Below are positions 41,700 to 54,300 of a stretch of DNA of 64,000 nt, piece by piece. The translations under genes were made by a program, and so were the position numbers. The notes under the pieces were generated by a model. That model searched no databases. It was not told where the DNA came from and was given only the letters and a program-made list of their open reading frames with translations. The stretch is from Balanoglossus misakiensis (taxonomy: Eukaryota > Animalia > Hemichordata): contig CM082594.2 in assembly GCA_040954595.2 (NCBI GenBank), forward strand, positions 8,759,612 through 8,823,611, read 5' to 3'. Each line of letters starts with the position of its first letter. The stretch's first letter is position 1.

Positions 41700-42090
41700 C
41701 CCTTTCCATGGAAATGAAAACCGGTTTACAATCCGTCGCTCGAGCTGCAGCTGGCATTCGCCCGGTCCCCGGTTACGATCTAGCGAAATGAAAAATTGCA
41801 GCGTGTCACACGCTATAGGACATAAATTTTGCGGGGCGCTGTGACGCAGCGGAAGTGGGCGTTGCTATGGCAGTGAGAGTTCCACGTGATTAGGCCTAAG
41901 CGCGATACGGACGGTAGGTCCGCGATGTAATGTCTGAAACAGAAGGGAAAGCTCGAGCTGGCTGTTTGTTCACACCTCAACGTGTCGCCCATTCATCGAG
42001 ACCTGGCTCGAAATTATGCTGAATGGCCTCGACCTCGCGATGTGAATCCACTCAATGCATCGCGGAGCGTGTTCTCATGGCAACTGGTTG
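41700..42090. promoter_or_regulatory. Candidate distal promoter/enhancer (CpG-rich; half-CRE, ETS, two RFX X-boxes, E-box)
   Basis: TGACG 41842, CGGAAGT 41850-41856, GTTGCTATGGCAG 41861-41873, CACGTG 41883-41888, GTTCTCATGGCAAC 42071-42084. Confidence 0.35.
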
Positions 42091-45000
42091 TCAGCTGGAC
42101 GCGGAATTATTAAAAACGCCTACTGCAGTGCGCTTAATGGCAACGTTAAGTTGGCATATGTGCAGGGCAAAAAATGCTTAAATCAATCCTTTTCTAAATG
42201 TACAGCAACTTAAAACACTTAATCTTCGAAACATACCTTACTTTTAATTTTAAATGAAAAAAATGTAATTATTTCTTCTGGGTCGAAAAGTTCTACCCAA
42301 CAGGTTGAGTGTCGTCACCTTAAATAGCAAAGGCTACGAAATCTTAGGATTCTGTGCTCCATTTTAAACACGTTTGAAACTCTGACTGTCAAAATGAACA
42401 TCGACTAGGCGGTTTGTCGTTTGAGACTTCGATTGAACGCATGTCAAAATCACGACGCCGTTAGCCTGCGGGGTCAGTGATCGAAAGTTAACAAAGACAG
42501 CCTGTCCTATTAATTATTCAACATAAATGGAAGTCAAGAAACTATTGAGCGTTTGCCGAACTACTTGATGATGAACGGATATGGGATTCTGATCTGTGTA
42601 CTGCTGCAAATTGCCATTGTGCTCGTTTCCGTTGCATTATGGATGAAGGTTGTTTTTGAACGGAGAAAATCATCACATTTTCATGAACGTGACGAGGGCA
42701 CTAACTACACATCAACACCATATCCGCGTTGGTGACGGAGAATTAGGATCAAGGCGAGGACGTCCATTTGACTGGATGCTCTACCGTACATAGACACGTC
42801 CACACAATGAGTGTATTGGCATACATGCAGAATATACGACATGAAAGTCAGGAAAACATATGATATAGTCTTATTTATAGGCAAGTAATGGCCCCAGACA
42901 TATAAAATGCAACAAACAGGTCTGGCATGGCTAACTGTCGGCCATATTGGATTGCATCGCAAACCAAACTGCATGCCGGGAACCATTGGAAGCCTGTCTG
43001 TTACCTATTAGCCCGTTTTGTTTTAGTATTTCTGCCTCACTGTCACTCGCAGAATTTCACTTAACGTCGATACCCAACGATAATGTAGTCGGTCGGGGAT
43101 AAGACAAAACATCTTTTGCATTAACCCCCGACATGGGCGTCATGCCAAACAATTTCGAACTTGCCTTCGAGGGCAAGTAAAGGCAATAATTGCCTGAGGG
43201 CTTCGGAGAGTTGAGAGGCAATACATCGAAGCCACGCGTCAAGTCAGCGGAGAATCCAAAAGGAAAATATCTTAGGAATAGCCATGTCAGTATTTACACA
43301 AGGGCCTCGTCTTTTCCTGATTTTTGTCACTAGACATAAAATGTAAACATTGCTGTGATCCGTAATTATTGTCATGTCAACGTAAATCAGGCATGCTATG
43401 TGAGAGTAGTATTGGCTCAGTTCGAGTCTCATCAAGACAAGTGATAAACACTCTAGAAATGGAAAGAGACCAGGAGGATCTACAGTCATGTTATGACTAC
43501 AGTGTTCAGATCGCTTAGTCCCTGATGCTCGTAAAATAATATGGGCATAATATACTGTGTTGCAGCTATATAATTACACATAGAACCGCGAACAGGTTGC
43601 GTTGAACTACATATTTTTCCCATTTATGTTATTGTTCTGGTCACTCATTCCCAGAGATCTTAAATGTATACAGAACAGTGGAATAGCCTGACAGGCTATA
43701 GTTTATCGTAGTAATTATGGGCTACATAAATAATGCAAAATACATCGACAAGCTCTGTTGAGAGTGCGATAAATCAAACGTTCTTAAGACATCGAATCTC
43801 TCAGCCACATCGACAAACCCTTTAAATATTCATCATATAATATCTTCGCGTTCTCATTCTGCAAACCAGAGCTGGTAATGATCCAAGCGGGCGCGTGAAC
43901 TGTGTCGGTGATATATTCTGGCTGTCCCACAAAGATGTGAGGTTCTGAATTCCCTGTTGTGTGTTGTATAAATATTGCATTTTAGTAATAGGTTTCAGCA
44001 GAACACCATCGCCATTTTGTGACGATTTGTGCTGTTGTGACTAATCACTAAGTTGGTGTGTGCCTCTTTGCGTGCCAGGGCACGGGAGAATTGAGATTAC
44101 CATATCGATTCGAAGGAAATTGGCCAAGCAATGGAATAATTCTATTACGTCACAAAACACCAAGAAGTGTTGACTCAATCGCCTTTTTTTCTCTCAACGC
44201 GATTCAAATATGATGAACTGAGGCCAACAAGGCACATATGTACAAATTGAGAACTTGAAGTCTAGTCAGTAGCTGTGTTTAAAGACGTGCATTTTCATCA
44301 CACCCATCAAATAACAAATTGGAAAGCGTTGGTTTTCGTGTAGGTTTGACTGAATATTCGATAGACTGAGACACCATACTGATTCCAATCGCATGCGAAA
44401 TCGCACGGGTACGAGATACAGTAGGGTTATATCTGAAAGTAGAACTAACTAAACCCACTTCGTTGGAGCTTCTTTTCAGTGCAATGCGCATGTCAAAACT
44501 TCAACGATTAATGGAGTTAACGAGAATGCCTGAAGCGACTTCGATTAGGATCTTAATCTCATTAGCATGTACTTGATGGTAATGATGTTCAAATTTGGTC
44601 AGTAATGACTTGAGATAGGACTCTCGTGAAGGCTATCAGGAAGGCTAATTGTCGTGCACGTTGAAACTCAACTCCATACATAATTCGAACCTATAATATG
44701 TATTCTCTAACAAGAATAACTGCCCTATTATAAAACAGCAAATGGCATATTTAGCGGTACTTGTAAAAAGGAAAGGGAATACTAGAACTCATAGTGACAT
44801 GAATTGCAGACTTAACGGATGCAAACAGAATACACCAATACTAAATCACTCCATCTAGATGACAAGGGATAAATGGCAAAATCATGGTCATGCGAGATAT
44901 CAACTGAGAAATACGAATTGGGGGAGGTTTCTAACGACAAAACCTATGCTAACCACGTAGCGCGCTGCTATTTTTATAAGACTATCAAAACAAGTACACT

Positions 45001-45487
45001 TGTAATTTCTGCGATTTCTTCCTAACACGTGACTTATTGATGCATCGTGTGTTCGTGACAATGCGATGAAGGACGCATCACGAATTTAATAATAACATGC
45101 GAATAACTTCTGGTGTCCTTTCACGAATCGATTGATCTGAAAGACCAAGGCCAGCCATAATCTCTCTAAGGAGCAGCATAAACGATTCGCTTTTCGTCAA
45201 TTGATTTTTCAAGAATCAAATCGATGAATTTCCTTGATTCGACTGTAATTAAATTTTGAGTTGACGGGCATTTACTTTGTCAAGCCGAGTGCCATTTTAA
45301 TGACCTTTTTTAAAGCCGGGAAACATTGCTGGCAACCAATACTTAACGTTCTTGAACGTCTATTTCGAACGTATGAAGTAATATTTCAGATGTAGCGAAT
45401 TTGATAGTGATTTGTTTTAAGGCTAGAAATTGAAAGTATGACCATTAAACTTCGTCATGATCCACCTGCGCTCTTTTAATTACACAT

Positions 45488-45501
45488 GCGCCCTCTACAG
45501 G
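45488..45501 (-). promoter_or_regulatory. CTCF-like motif
   Basis: CCTGTAGAGGGCGC on the minus strand, one mismatch to CCASYAGRKGGCRC. Motif only. Confidence 0.2.
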
Positions 45502-48500
45502 TTAAGTAATTGACACACTTCATGGAACTATTACTACAAACTGCATCAGTAAGTCGACGTAAATTAGTATTATTCACACGTGACTTAACTTAATGACGAA
45601 GATGCAGATTTCAAAGGACCATCGGCTCTTGACTTGTAAAGACTCACTCGAGTAAAACGATTTAAAGATGGACAATAATTAGAGGCTCTGGAGAGATATC
45701 TGTAGTCCGAGCGGGCCCGACCATTTCCATCTTGTACTTCCAATGTTGAGAATAACCCCAATCATCTATTTTACATGGTTCAGAAAACCGTTCCATTCAT
45801 TTTCGATTCATTGGAGCTTTACGTTGATCGGATAGATATGTCGTCTAGTTAACTTATCCTTGCGATGTCCCGTGGAAATCTTCTGTGGACATTAAACCCG
45901 ATATACTTCCCTCGGGGTAGTTTTGCCAATCGAATCAATCATTACCACGAGGGGAGAAGATATTTACCGGGATTTCTTTTCTGCTGAGAGTAAAACAGGC
46001 TATCTCAACATACTGAGCAGGTTTGACATTTAGGGTTGAATAAAGTGGGTCGGCTCAGACAGTACCATATGTGGTGGCTCACTCGCACTGACGCTGCATT
46101 CATCAAACCCGTCTATTTAGACATTGCACTACCTTCAGTTGTTACAACAAAAGGTGGGGAGAAACACCTGAACAATGTGCTTCTCCGTCGCCTCAGTTAG
46201 CGGTACGATTGGAGTGGCTTCAGCGAATGACTTATTCAACGTATTTCAGAAAACTGAACGTCAACCAACACTGCACATACAAAACACCGCCAACGTTGCG
46301 GCAGATGGTGCCATTTAGCCGTTAAATACCCACCCGCTACTGAAAAATACTAGCCCGTTAAATTGTCACTTTTTGGTCATTTCACGAGAATTTCTTTCAC
46401 AGACGATAAATTTTCACGACACACAACATAGAAAAATACTGCAGCTATCCCATAACACGGAGGCTGGAATACTCACAATAAACCACATGTACGTTCACAA
46501 CGTATATAAGCAACGCTCATTAAAACACAAAGCCTGATACGGTTATGGTTTGATAGCGACGTCAAACACTGACCTCTGTATCTCTTGTTTGGATGACTGC
46601 TGTCTCCATCACGCATGACAAATTTAGTGATGTCATTCGACAGAAATATCACGTTTATTTCCTGTCCTCCACCACTTTAACCTCCGACTTCTGACAAAAC
46701 ATCCGCCATTCCTTTAGGGAGCAGACGACCGGAATTGTCCTTCAAAGTTGATTAGAGTCCACACTGTCGTGAGGTGCACGCGGCCAGTAATTTTATTTTA
46801 TCATTACCACAAGCACACTGATTAATTTGCCTTCGGTTTCCAACGTATGTTTTTATCTGCGTGGGTTTTGGCCATTGAACGAAGGTACTTTAGGGAGCGT
46901 CCATTAATCACCACAGGAGGGTCGGGGGTGAAGGGACCACCTCTGGAAAGCATAAACCTTTGCACTGGTTTTTATCATTAATTTACAATAAAATTAGCAC
47001 CCCTGTCGGGATTATGTCTTCACCTGTTTGGAAATGTTCATTTGGTATGACTGAGACTAAATTATTTCTTTTAAATTATGAGTTTCGGTGTTTTTTGGCC
47101 AGAGAATAGATTTATTGTCTGAAGACCATGCATCGGCTCAGACACAAAGGTTAACACGAGACCAAGCGATTTGGGGCGATCAGCCACCTTTCCAGACAGA
47201 CGATTTTCCTGTAATGAGTATAAACTACGATCGACCAACTTACATGAAGTTTGAAACTACTGCAAGTTTTGGGGAAAGTTGACCAATCACATCAAGGGCG
47301 TTACCCTATTGGCCTCGCCTTGAGTTCAATATAGGCGACGACGGTGTGGCAGGGAACGCAACCAGATAGACGACAATTTTCAAAGCTTGACGAGAAGAAG
47401 ACATAACAGTGACTTCTCTCGCTTGCCTCAGGGCATTCTGAAATATGTCAGAGCGAAAGTAGTACGTTGTCTCCAGATTGATACGAGACATGTCCAGAAA
47501 TGAATTATCTGAAAAATATCCACATCTTCCCATCTGTATAGTTTCATAGCCATCGGCGATTTCGGGTTCCTCGTTTTTTTTCCGAGCAATTAATGTTGAA
47601 CATGGGGAGTAGGCAGAGGAACTATGGGTCGTAAATTTCATCTGCTCCTGAAGCTGATTAGCTACGCTTTGAGACACGTTGGAGAAGACTAATACCTTTC
47701 ACTGCTGAACGGTTTCTCTCAAAAGCGTGTCAGAGGAAATTCGCTCAGGTCTGCGCAAAGCTAAAGCATGTCAGCGACTTTTCAATACAATTTTAAAAAA
47801 CAAAGAGCTTCATTTTAAAATTTACGTTGACAAGAACGATAGTAGCTGCAACTACTTCATATTCTGACTTTTCACAAACACAATAAAGCATGCAGTAAAG
47901 CATGGGCTAGTCCACGTGTCTGGGCGATTGCTAAGTAACACTTGTAAGTTCTTGGTTTGAAAGCGAGGTTTTGGCTTCATGTGATTTTCGTGTGCTCCAC
48001 TTATAACGCAGGGTAACGTACTCCGAGTATAAATTGTGGACAAAATTAAACGCCGCGGGTTTTAGAAAACCAGGCGATCAATTTTCAGGGGAAAGTCCGA
48101 TTTTAATGCACGTGGGCGGACTGGAGTTCCGCTTCCGTGAGACGTGATTTCACAGATAACAGCCTTTCAGCAAAAGAAACAAAAACCCGAACAGTCGAAA
48201 TTGGGGAGAATGTTCTCCAGACCCGCGCATTTTCCGGCTGCTCTCAACAACTGCAGCGAAAGCTAATGGCATGATAGTGCAATCGCACTAAATCCAGAAA
48301 GACAGCGAGACAGCAAGAAAGACATTGGCGCCATAAGAATATCTACAACGGTCAGTGGTTTAGGAAAACCACTGAGCTAAGAAATGAAAACGGATATATT
48401 TGAAGTATTGTCTGAAATATGTCTCTGGCCTAACTATCAAACTATGGCAAAATGACACTCTAATATTATATGTTGGCATGCTGGTGGTAATCTATGTGGT

Positions 48501-51245
48501 AAATTATTACTGATCATTTATCTTAGACCGCTAAAGTATCGAAATTTTCTGCGATTCATTGAAATGGCTGTTGGCATTTTTCTTGTCAGATTCGTGAGCC
48601 GTCTACAAACAAGTCATCGGATGTGACATGGTCCCAGCTGTTGTAAGTCGTAACTGAATTGAAGTTAACATGATGAATGTGAAATCAGAGCATGTTTGTT
48701 TTTAGCCAACCCTGAAGGAATAATTTCAGTCATAGATGGGGGATTTCAGTGTTCCAGACAAGAATTATCATGGATTCTATTATACCTGACTGTATATTCA
48801 GTTACAGCTGGAACATTTCAGCGTTCACAGACTAGAATTATCACAGATTCAAACTGGCTATATTGTCCGGAGATGTCAGCGGTCACCACATGGGTTGTTG
48901 ACCAATGGCAGTTTTTATCACGAAAAACAACAACAAAATACACGCACGCCATGGTTTGGTTCCTTGTACCAATTTCAAAAGAAATCCTTCAATCACGTGG
49001 GAGGGAGTTGTGACGCCGAACACTATGGCCACCGGGCGATCGTGTGACATTCTGCCATGACGCATTAATACGCTCACTCAACCCAACACACTAAGAACTT
49101 CTATTGGAGTTAGTGGGAGGCCATGGATACCGGGTAGGCCGGATTATCCAGCCAGTAATCGCGATAGCCTGTGGGTCTCCAGTCGGCCATATTGGATCGT
49201 ATTAAAAATGCATCCAGGTGCACATGCACGTCATATTATAATTGACTGTGGCACATTATAATGAAATCACCAGTGGTGGCGCACTTTTTCGCGTGTGTCT
49301 CCCACTGAGAATCTGTGATTAGCTAGGTTTAGATTTTCCCTGGTAACAGTGGTTAAATTTGCATAGGTGTCCTCATATCATTAAAGCGCCATGCATGCTG
49401 ATTACGAGGGGCGAATACGAATGATTTTGAATGAGAAAATCTCCCCGGACGAGCCAGGTCATCGCCAGGGTGAGAAATGCGTAGGCCACTATACTTTATT
49501 TGAGAGCATAGGTACATATCGGCAGATTGCAGCCCGTGGGTGAGGCAAGCATACGCCGTAATCCACACAGGCGTTCTGCAATTTCAGAATGTGTTGGGGT
49601 TATTGAAATTTAACACTGCTTTGCTCCTAGCGTCGGAGATTTACAAATTATGTGACATTTAGTTGCCATGGCTACTCCACTTTGCTGATTAAGGTTTAGG
49701 ATTGCCCATGATTGAAGTTTTGCGACAGAAGGGGTTATTGCGTGTGGAATCCGCGATATTAAATAAAGCATATAATATTGAGCGTTTAAAATATAAATAA
49801 ATATACATTTGATTAATGTAACTAACGAAATTCGCAAGAAATATTGAAGCATCGCTTGCAGACTAAGCACGCGCGTTTTTAGATTGGATATCTTCTGCTG
49901 TATCGTGTACAGCCTACAAATCGTTTCCCATTTTGACCCAGACGCTGTGTTTCCATATACACCAAGACTATTAGGGTTAATCGCCCGAACTAGCACCGCA
50001 TCACATTATCGCATTCTGCGAGTCAATTTTCGCTCGGCATTCGCATGCACTCTCCAGATCCTAGCTGAAGATATACATCTCTGAAAGAACTTACTTCTGA
50101 TTGAGAGGCTTCTAAATGGCTTCTGATAGTCCAAGATGAATACGAATCGCCCGGGCTTTTATCTCTCACCAGAGTATTCCTTGCCGTGTATACCTGGAAA
50201 CGAAAAAGAAATCAATGCGATAAAGATAACAGTGTATATCACATTCTGATCAAGTTTCAAAAAATCAAATAAATCTTTATCGAAAATTAATGTGACAATG
50301 CATGTTAACTGCATCGTGATTTTCAAGGCCGTATTTCTCGTATAAGACAACGAAACCCCAACATACCACACATTTTCAGACAGCCAGGTGTCTGAACGGA
50401 AATATCTTTTATTAATTTTATCAAATAAAAAATAATTACTCTTAGAAGATCTGCAGTTCCTCAAAAGGTGGAACCAGCCAGAACGAACAACTGAGTGCCA
50501 GCGTCATCTCAGTTTGTGCTACTGCGGCAAGTCACCTTTGATAATGGAAGGTGCTCGAACACTGAGAGTCGCATCATTCGACCTACATCGTCGAAACATC
50601 CATCAAGGTCACGTGACCCATCTGTCAGGGTTGAATCCCTTGCGACTGTGAGAGTGGCACGAGTTACGTCAGCAGACGTTCTTGATCTCACCTCCGCGCC
50701 TGTCTGCTTGACATGACAGTATTTTGTCGGTATGCTGGGGTGACAATTATAGGGAGTGCTGTCTCCAGATAGAGCGAACATGTGCGCGTCAAATGTCTCC
50801 AACCATACAAAATACTGTTTAAGGGACCGTCGCATTCTTATTATTAACTATTAACTAAAATTGTCTTATTCTCATCACGGTAATAGGCATGAACAGAGAA
50901 ATGCTGACTGGAGATTCAGCCGTTTCAGCAAAGGGAAAAACCCCAATAAAATACCACACAGCACATACGTACTTATACACCCACACACACGAGTGGGAAA
51001 TAGCCATTTGATTGTTCCATTGGTCAATTAAAACCTTCATTTGACATCCCGGGATTATATATGTGACGTAATGCATGATCGACCAAGCAAAGCCAATCAA
51101 GCTTTTTGTACGCAATAGGAATATGCTGCACTCCAGGCATGGCAATGGCCGTGACAAGTTCAATGAACTGTGGTAGGCAAGGTTACACAGTGAAGGGTTC
51201 ATTCTGCTGTGTTATATACAACTCGTGCAGCACAATGATCTGGGA

Positions 51246-51372
51246 GAGACTTTTTTTCAGCAGATGAACACGCATCATATATGGTCAGGCGTTATTTGCC
51301 TGAGCCAGTAGATACTTTTTCTCTCTCCAAAAATGAACGTGTATCATGTGATCTGATCAGGCGTTATTGGCC
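51246..51372. repeat. Degenerate ~70-bp tandem duplication
   Basis: Two copies of acttttt...atgaac..g.atcat...tcaggcgttatt.gcc; tcaggcgttatt is exact at 51285 and 51357. Confidence 0.65.
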
Positions 51373-54300
51373 CTTTTTGGTGAATTCTATGTACAGTTCA
51401 TAGACTTACCTTATGAACGTTCCTGGGAATATCAATCTTCAGATGAACGCAGAATTTCTAATAGTGGTGAACAGTCCATTTGAGATCACGCAGACGCTAG
51501 CCTATTGCATTAGTATAAGCCAGCACGGTATAGCCACTTGGTGATTGGATCCGTCACGTCAGATCTACGCCAGACGATGCCAGGCACTGCCACTGCACAA
51601 CGCAGGACTAAATCGTCTGTATGGTATGAAAGTCAAATTAGCATTTGTTAAAACTTTCTATTGACCTAAGGTGTCTTGTTCATACGACTGACACGCTAGT
51701 AAGTCTGACACAATTTCAGCAGGACTGGTATAGTCGTGAAGGGACGTGCCATAAGAAATTACAAAGACGTGGAGAACAAGTTTTTGTTTCCCAACGCCTG
51801 TGTGGGCCAATCGATTTGACGCTTACATTTCTCGTACAAGTTTAGTAACAATCGGAATCGCAGCTCCCAATAACATGGCAAAAAACTTCAGTTCGAAACT
51901 AAATAATGTGAAAAGACGTGGAGACGTGGTCGTTGAGGGTTTAAAAGCGTAGACGTCATCAGTGACGTCAACGCAAAATCCATTATGGCATAGTGGTACC
52001 GTAATCTGTCAAATACACTTTGATGTTTTAAAACGTTGCATCATGTCGAGTTAAAGTCTGAGAACCGATTCTTCTCAGACACGAGAGTCGTTGAGGGCGC
52101 TTTAATTCAAAGGAGCCGCCTCTCAAATTGGTAAAGTTACAACTACGAGCAAAAAGGTTACCTTTTATTGTTTTCCCTAATAATTTTCACTATAACCTCT
52201 CTCGTCAACTTTACGGATTGTGATATACACGCACAATTGCCAGAGTTTCCACACAGACATATATTACATTTTTATGACATCATTTTTGTTCCCAAAGGTG
52301 ATTACACGCGTGGAAAAAATTTCATCGGCGCATACTATACATCACTGCTATTCATTAACGACAGGACGACTTTTCTCTTTTATTGAATACACGAGAGCTG
52401 AATGTGAAACAATTACCATCCATCATCTTGAAACACTGACATGAATCCATTGCCTTTCCTTCCATAGATGGCCACCCACATTAAAGTACACACATGATAA
52501 ATTAATTAAACTTGCACATGACATGCACGCATTTGGTCACTCCACAAAGACGCATTAACTATCATCACTTAAATGATGGATGAACTGTTGGTATTACTGT
52601 TGTCAGCAACTATGATTTACCTTCAATATTCAGTAACCTGCGCAACAAATGCCAAAGGTCGCGCTAAACATATTACTTCCTATTTGCGATCGACACCTGC
52701 CGGGATCACGTTCAGTCAGTGGAAAGTCGATCGCTCGGGGCGGAAAGAACAACGATAATAACGTCTGAGGGTTTTTAAATACAATTTACAGCAAAATCTA
52801 CGTCGTCATGTTCAGAAGCTGCGGACAAGCAAACGCGACAGGGACGTGAGACGCGGTTTAATTTTAGGAGTTGGTTTCAAACATGTCATATCTTATCTAG
52901 GCGATACGTCAGTGCGGATTAACGACATCGATTGCTTCGTCTGCCCTGATCATTCTGTTCGTTCAATTGTTCAGGGTAAAAGAGAGGTCACACAAATGAC
53001 CTGTCTATATTACTCTGCAATACAATTTACTGACTTTGGAACAAGGATGGACCACTCTTTAACCAGCTACCCAAATTTCGAAACTTTCGACTTTTTTTGT
53101 ATGGTATATGGTGTTCACAACGGCCAAAAGTCAAGGCACTGAAATTCGAATGATTCGACTCGAAATGTGTCTTATTGAAACGAAAACAAGTTATTTCATT
53201 TGAAAGAAAAGTTTAGCAAACAGGTAAAATCCCCGAAAATTGTATGTCTGACTTCAAATGTTCAACTATCACTAAGGTGCCAGCCTTTTTTGGACCAGAA
53301 TGTGACCTACTATAAGCAGCCTCGGATCTCGGAGTCAGCGTGTAGTTTTTTGTATACCTATTTCAATGCTATTATTCGCGTAACACGAAATCTTGTTGTT
53401 GAAGTCCACTGCCTTTGTCTGGATCCGGGTAACTTGACAAAAGAAAACAGTGGACGAGTATTCTTAAGAAAGCACGGAATGTACTTGAGTGATACTATAG
53501 GTACCACGACCATGCAGGTTGGACGGGCAGGTAGCTTTAACACATAAGCTAATGTAAAAAAAGTATTTATCTATACAACACGCGTGTTTATCATATCAAC
53601 AAATTTACATAGGAGATTTTTAATCGAATGAAATCTGGTCAGAAGAACGTGGTCGATATGTGCTCAGTTAACGACGCAATTAACTGTTTAGTTTTCAATG
53701 CCTGCTTGATATACCATGCTCTCTGGAAAGACTTGATCGCTGATCAACGCCTTTCTGTTCTGCACCGCTTGGTCTGTTTGTTCGCTACATTATTGCATTA
53801 TTCACGACAATTGAATATCAACATAACAAAGGCGACCTATTTGCATCTCGCCTCGTCGGCCATAGAGACAGCCAATGGCGCCCGGCGTCGTTGCTACGGC
53901 TACCTGAGTGTTTAGAGTTACGTGCAACCATTGTCAAATTACAGGCCCCCTTACCATTGCAGGCACGCCATAGGGAGACCCGACCAAAGACCACTGTACG
54001 ACGATAGCAGGTTTTGACTATGTAGGTAGATTTAATCGGAGTCAAGTTCAGCGAAAGAAAAATGGCAGCCTCTGAAACCTTAGCCCCCAGCCACTTCTAC
54101 AGGGAGAAGTTCGGACTCGACAACTTGTCGCGGAATTTTGAATCCAGCGAGCTGTTTACTCCCTACTTAATACCACAGAGACCAACGGTGTCAGACCTGA
54201 GGTAGGTTGTCTGTCAACTTTGTTTCTATTTTGTTGACATGTCCAATGTCTGCTTCGTGGGCTGAGCCCCCGTCCTTGCAGTCAATATAAAGTATGGTTG

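Noticed and set aside
46890-47025. Possible Harbinger/Tourist-type MITE end (TTA-GGGAGCGTCCATTAAT)
   Set aside because: No matching second terminal inverted repeat or target-site duplication found.
47306-47677. 123-aa minus-strand ORF as a separate gene or alternative exon
   Set aside because: No recognisable domain, non-ATG start and no convincing splice pairing; needs tBLASTn or RNA-seq support.
48352-48375. Perfect 10-bp hairpin as a Helitron 3' end or terminator (similar 9-bp stems near 32697 and 52056)
   Set aside because: Spacing to CTRR is wrong, there is no matching 5' end, and a few stems of this size are expected by chance.
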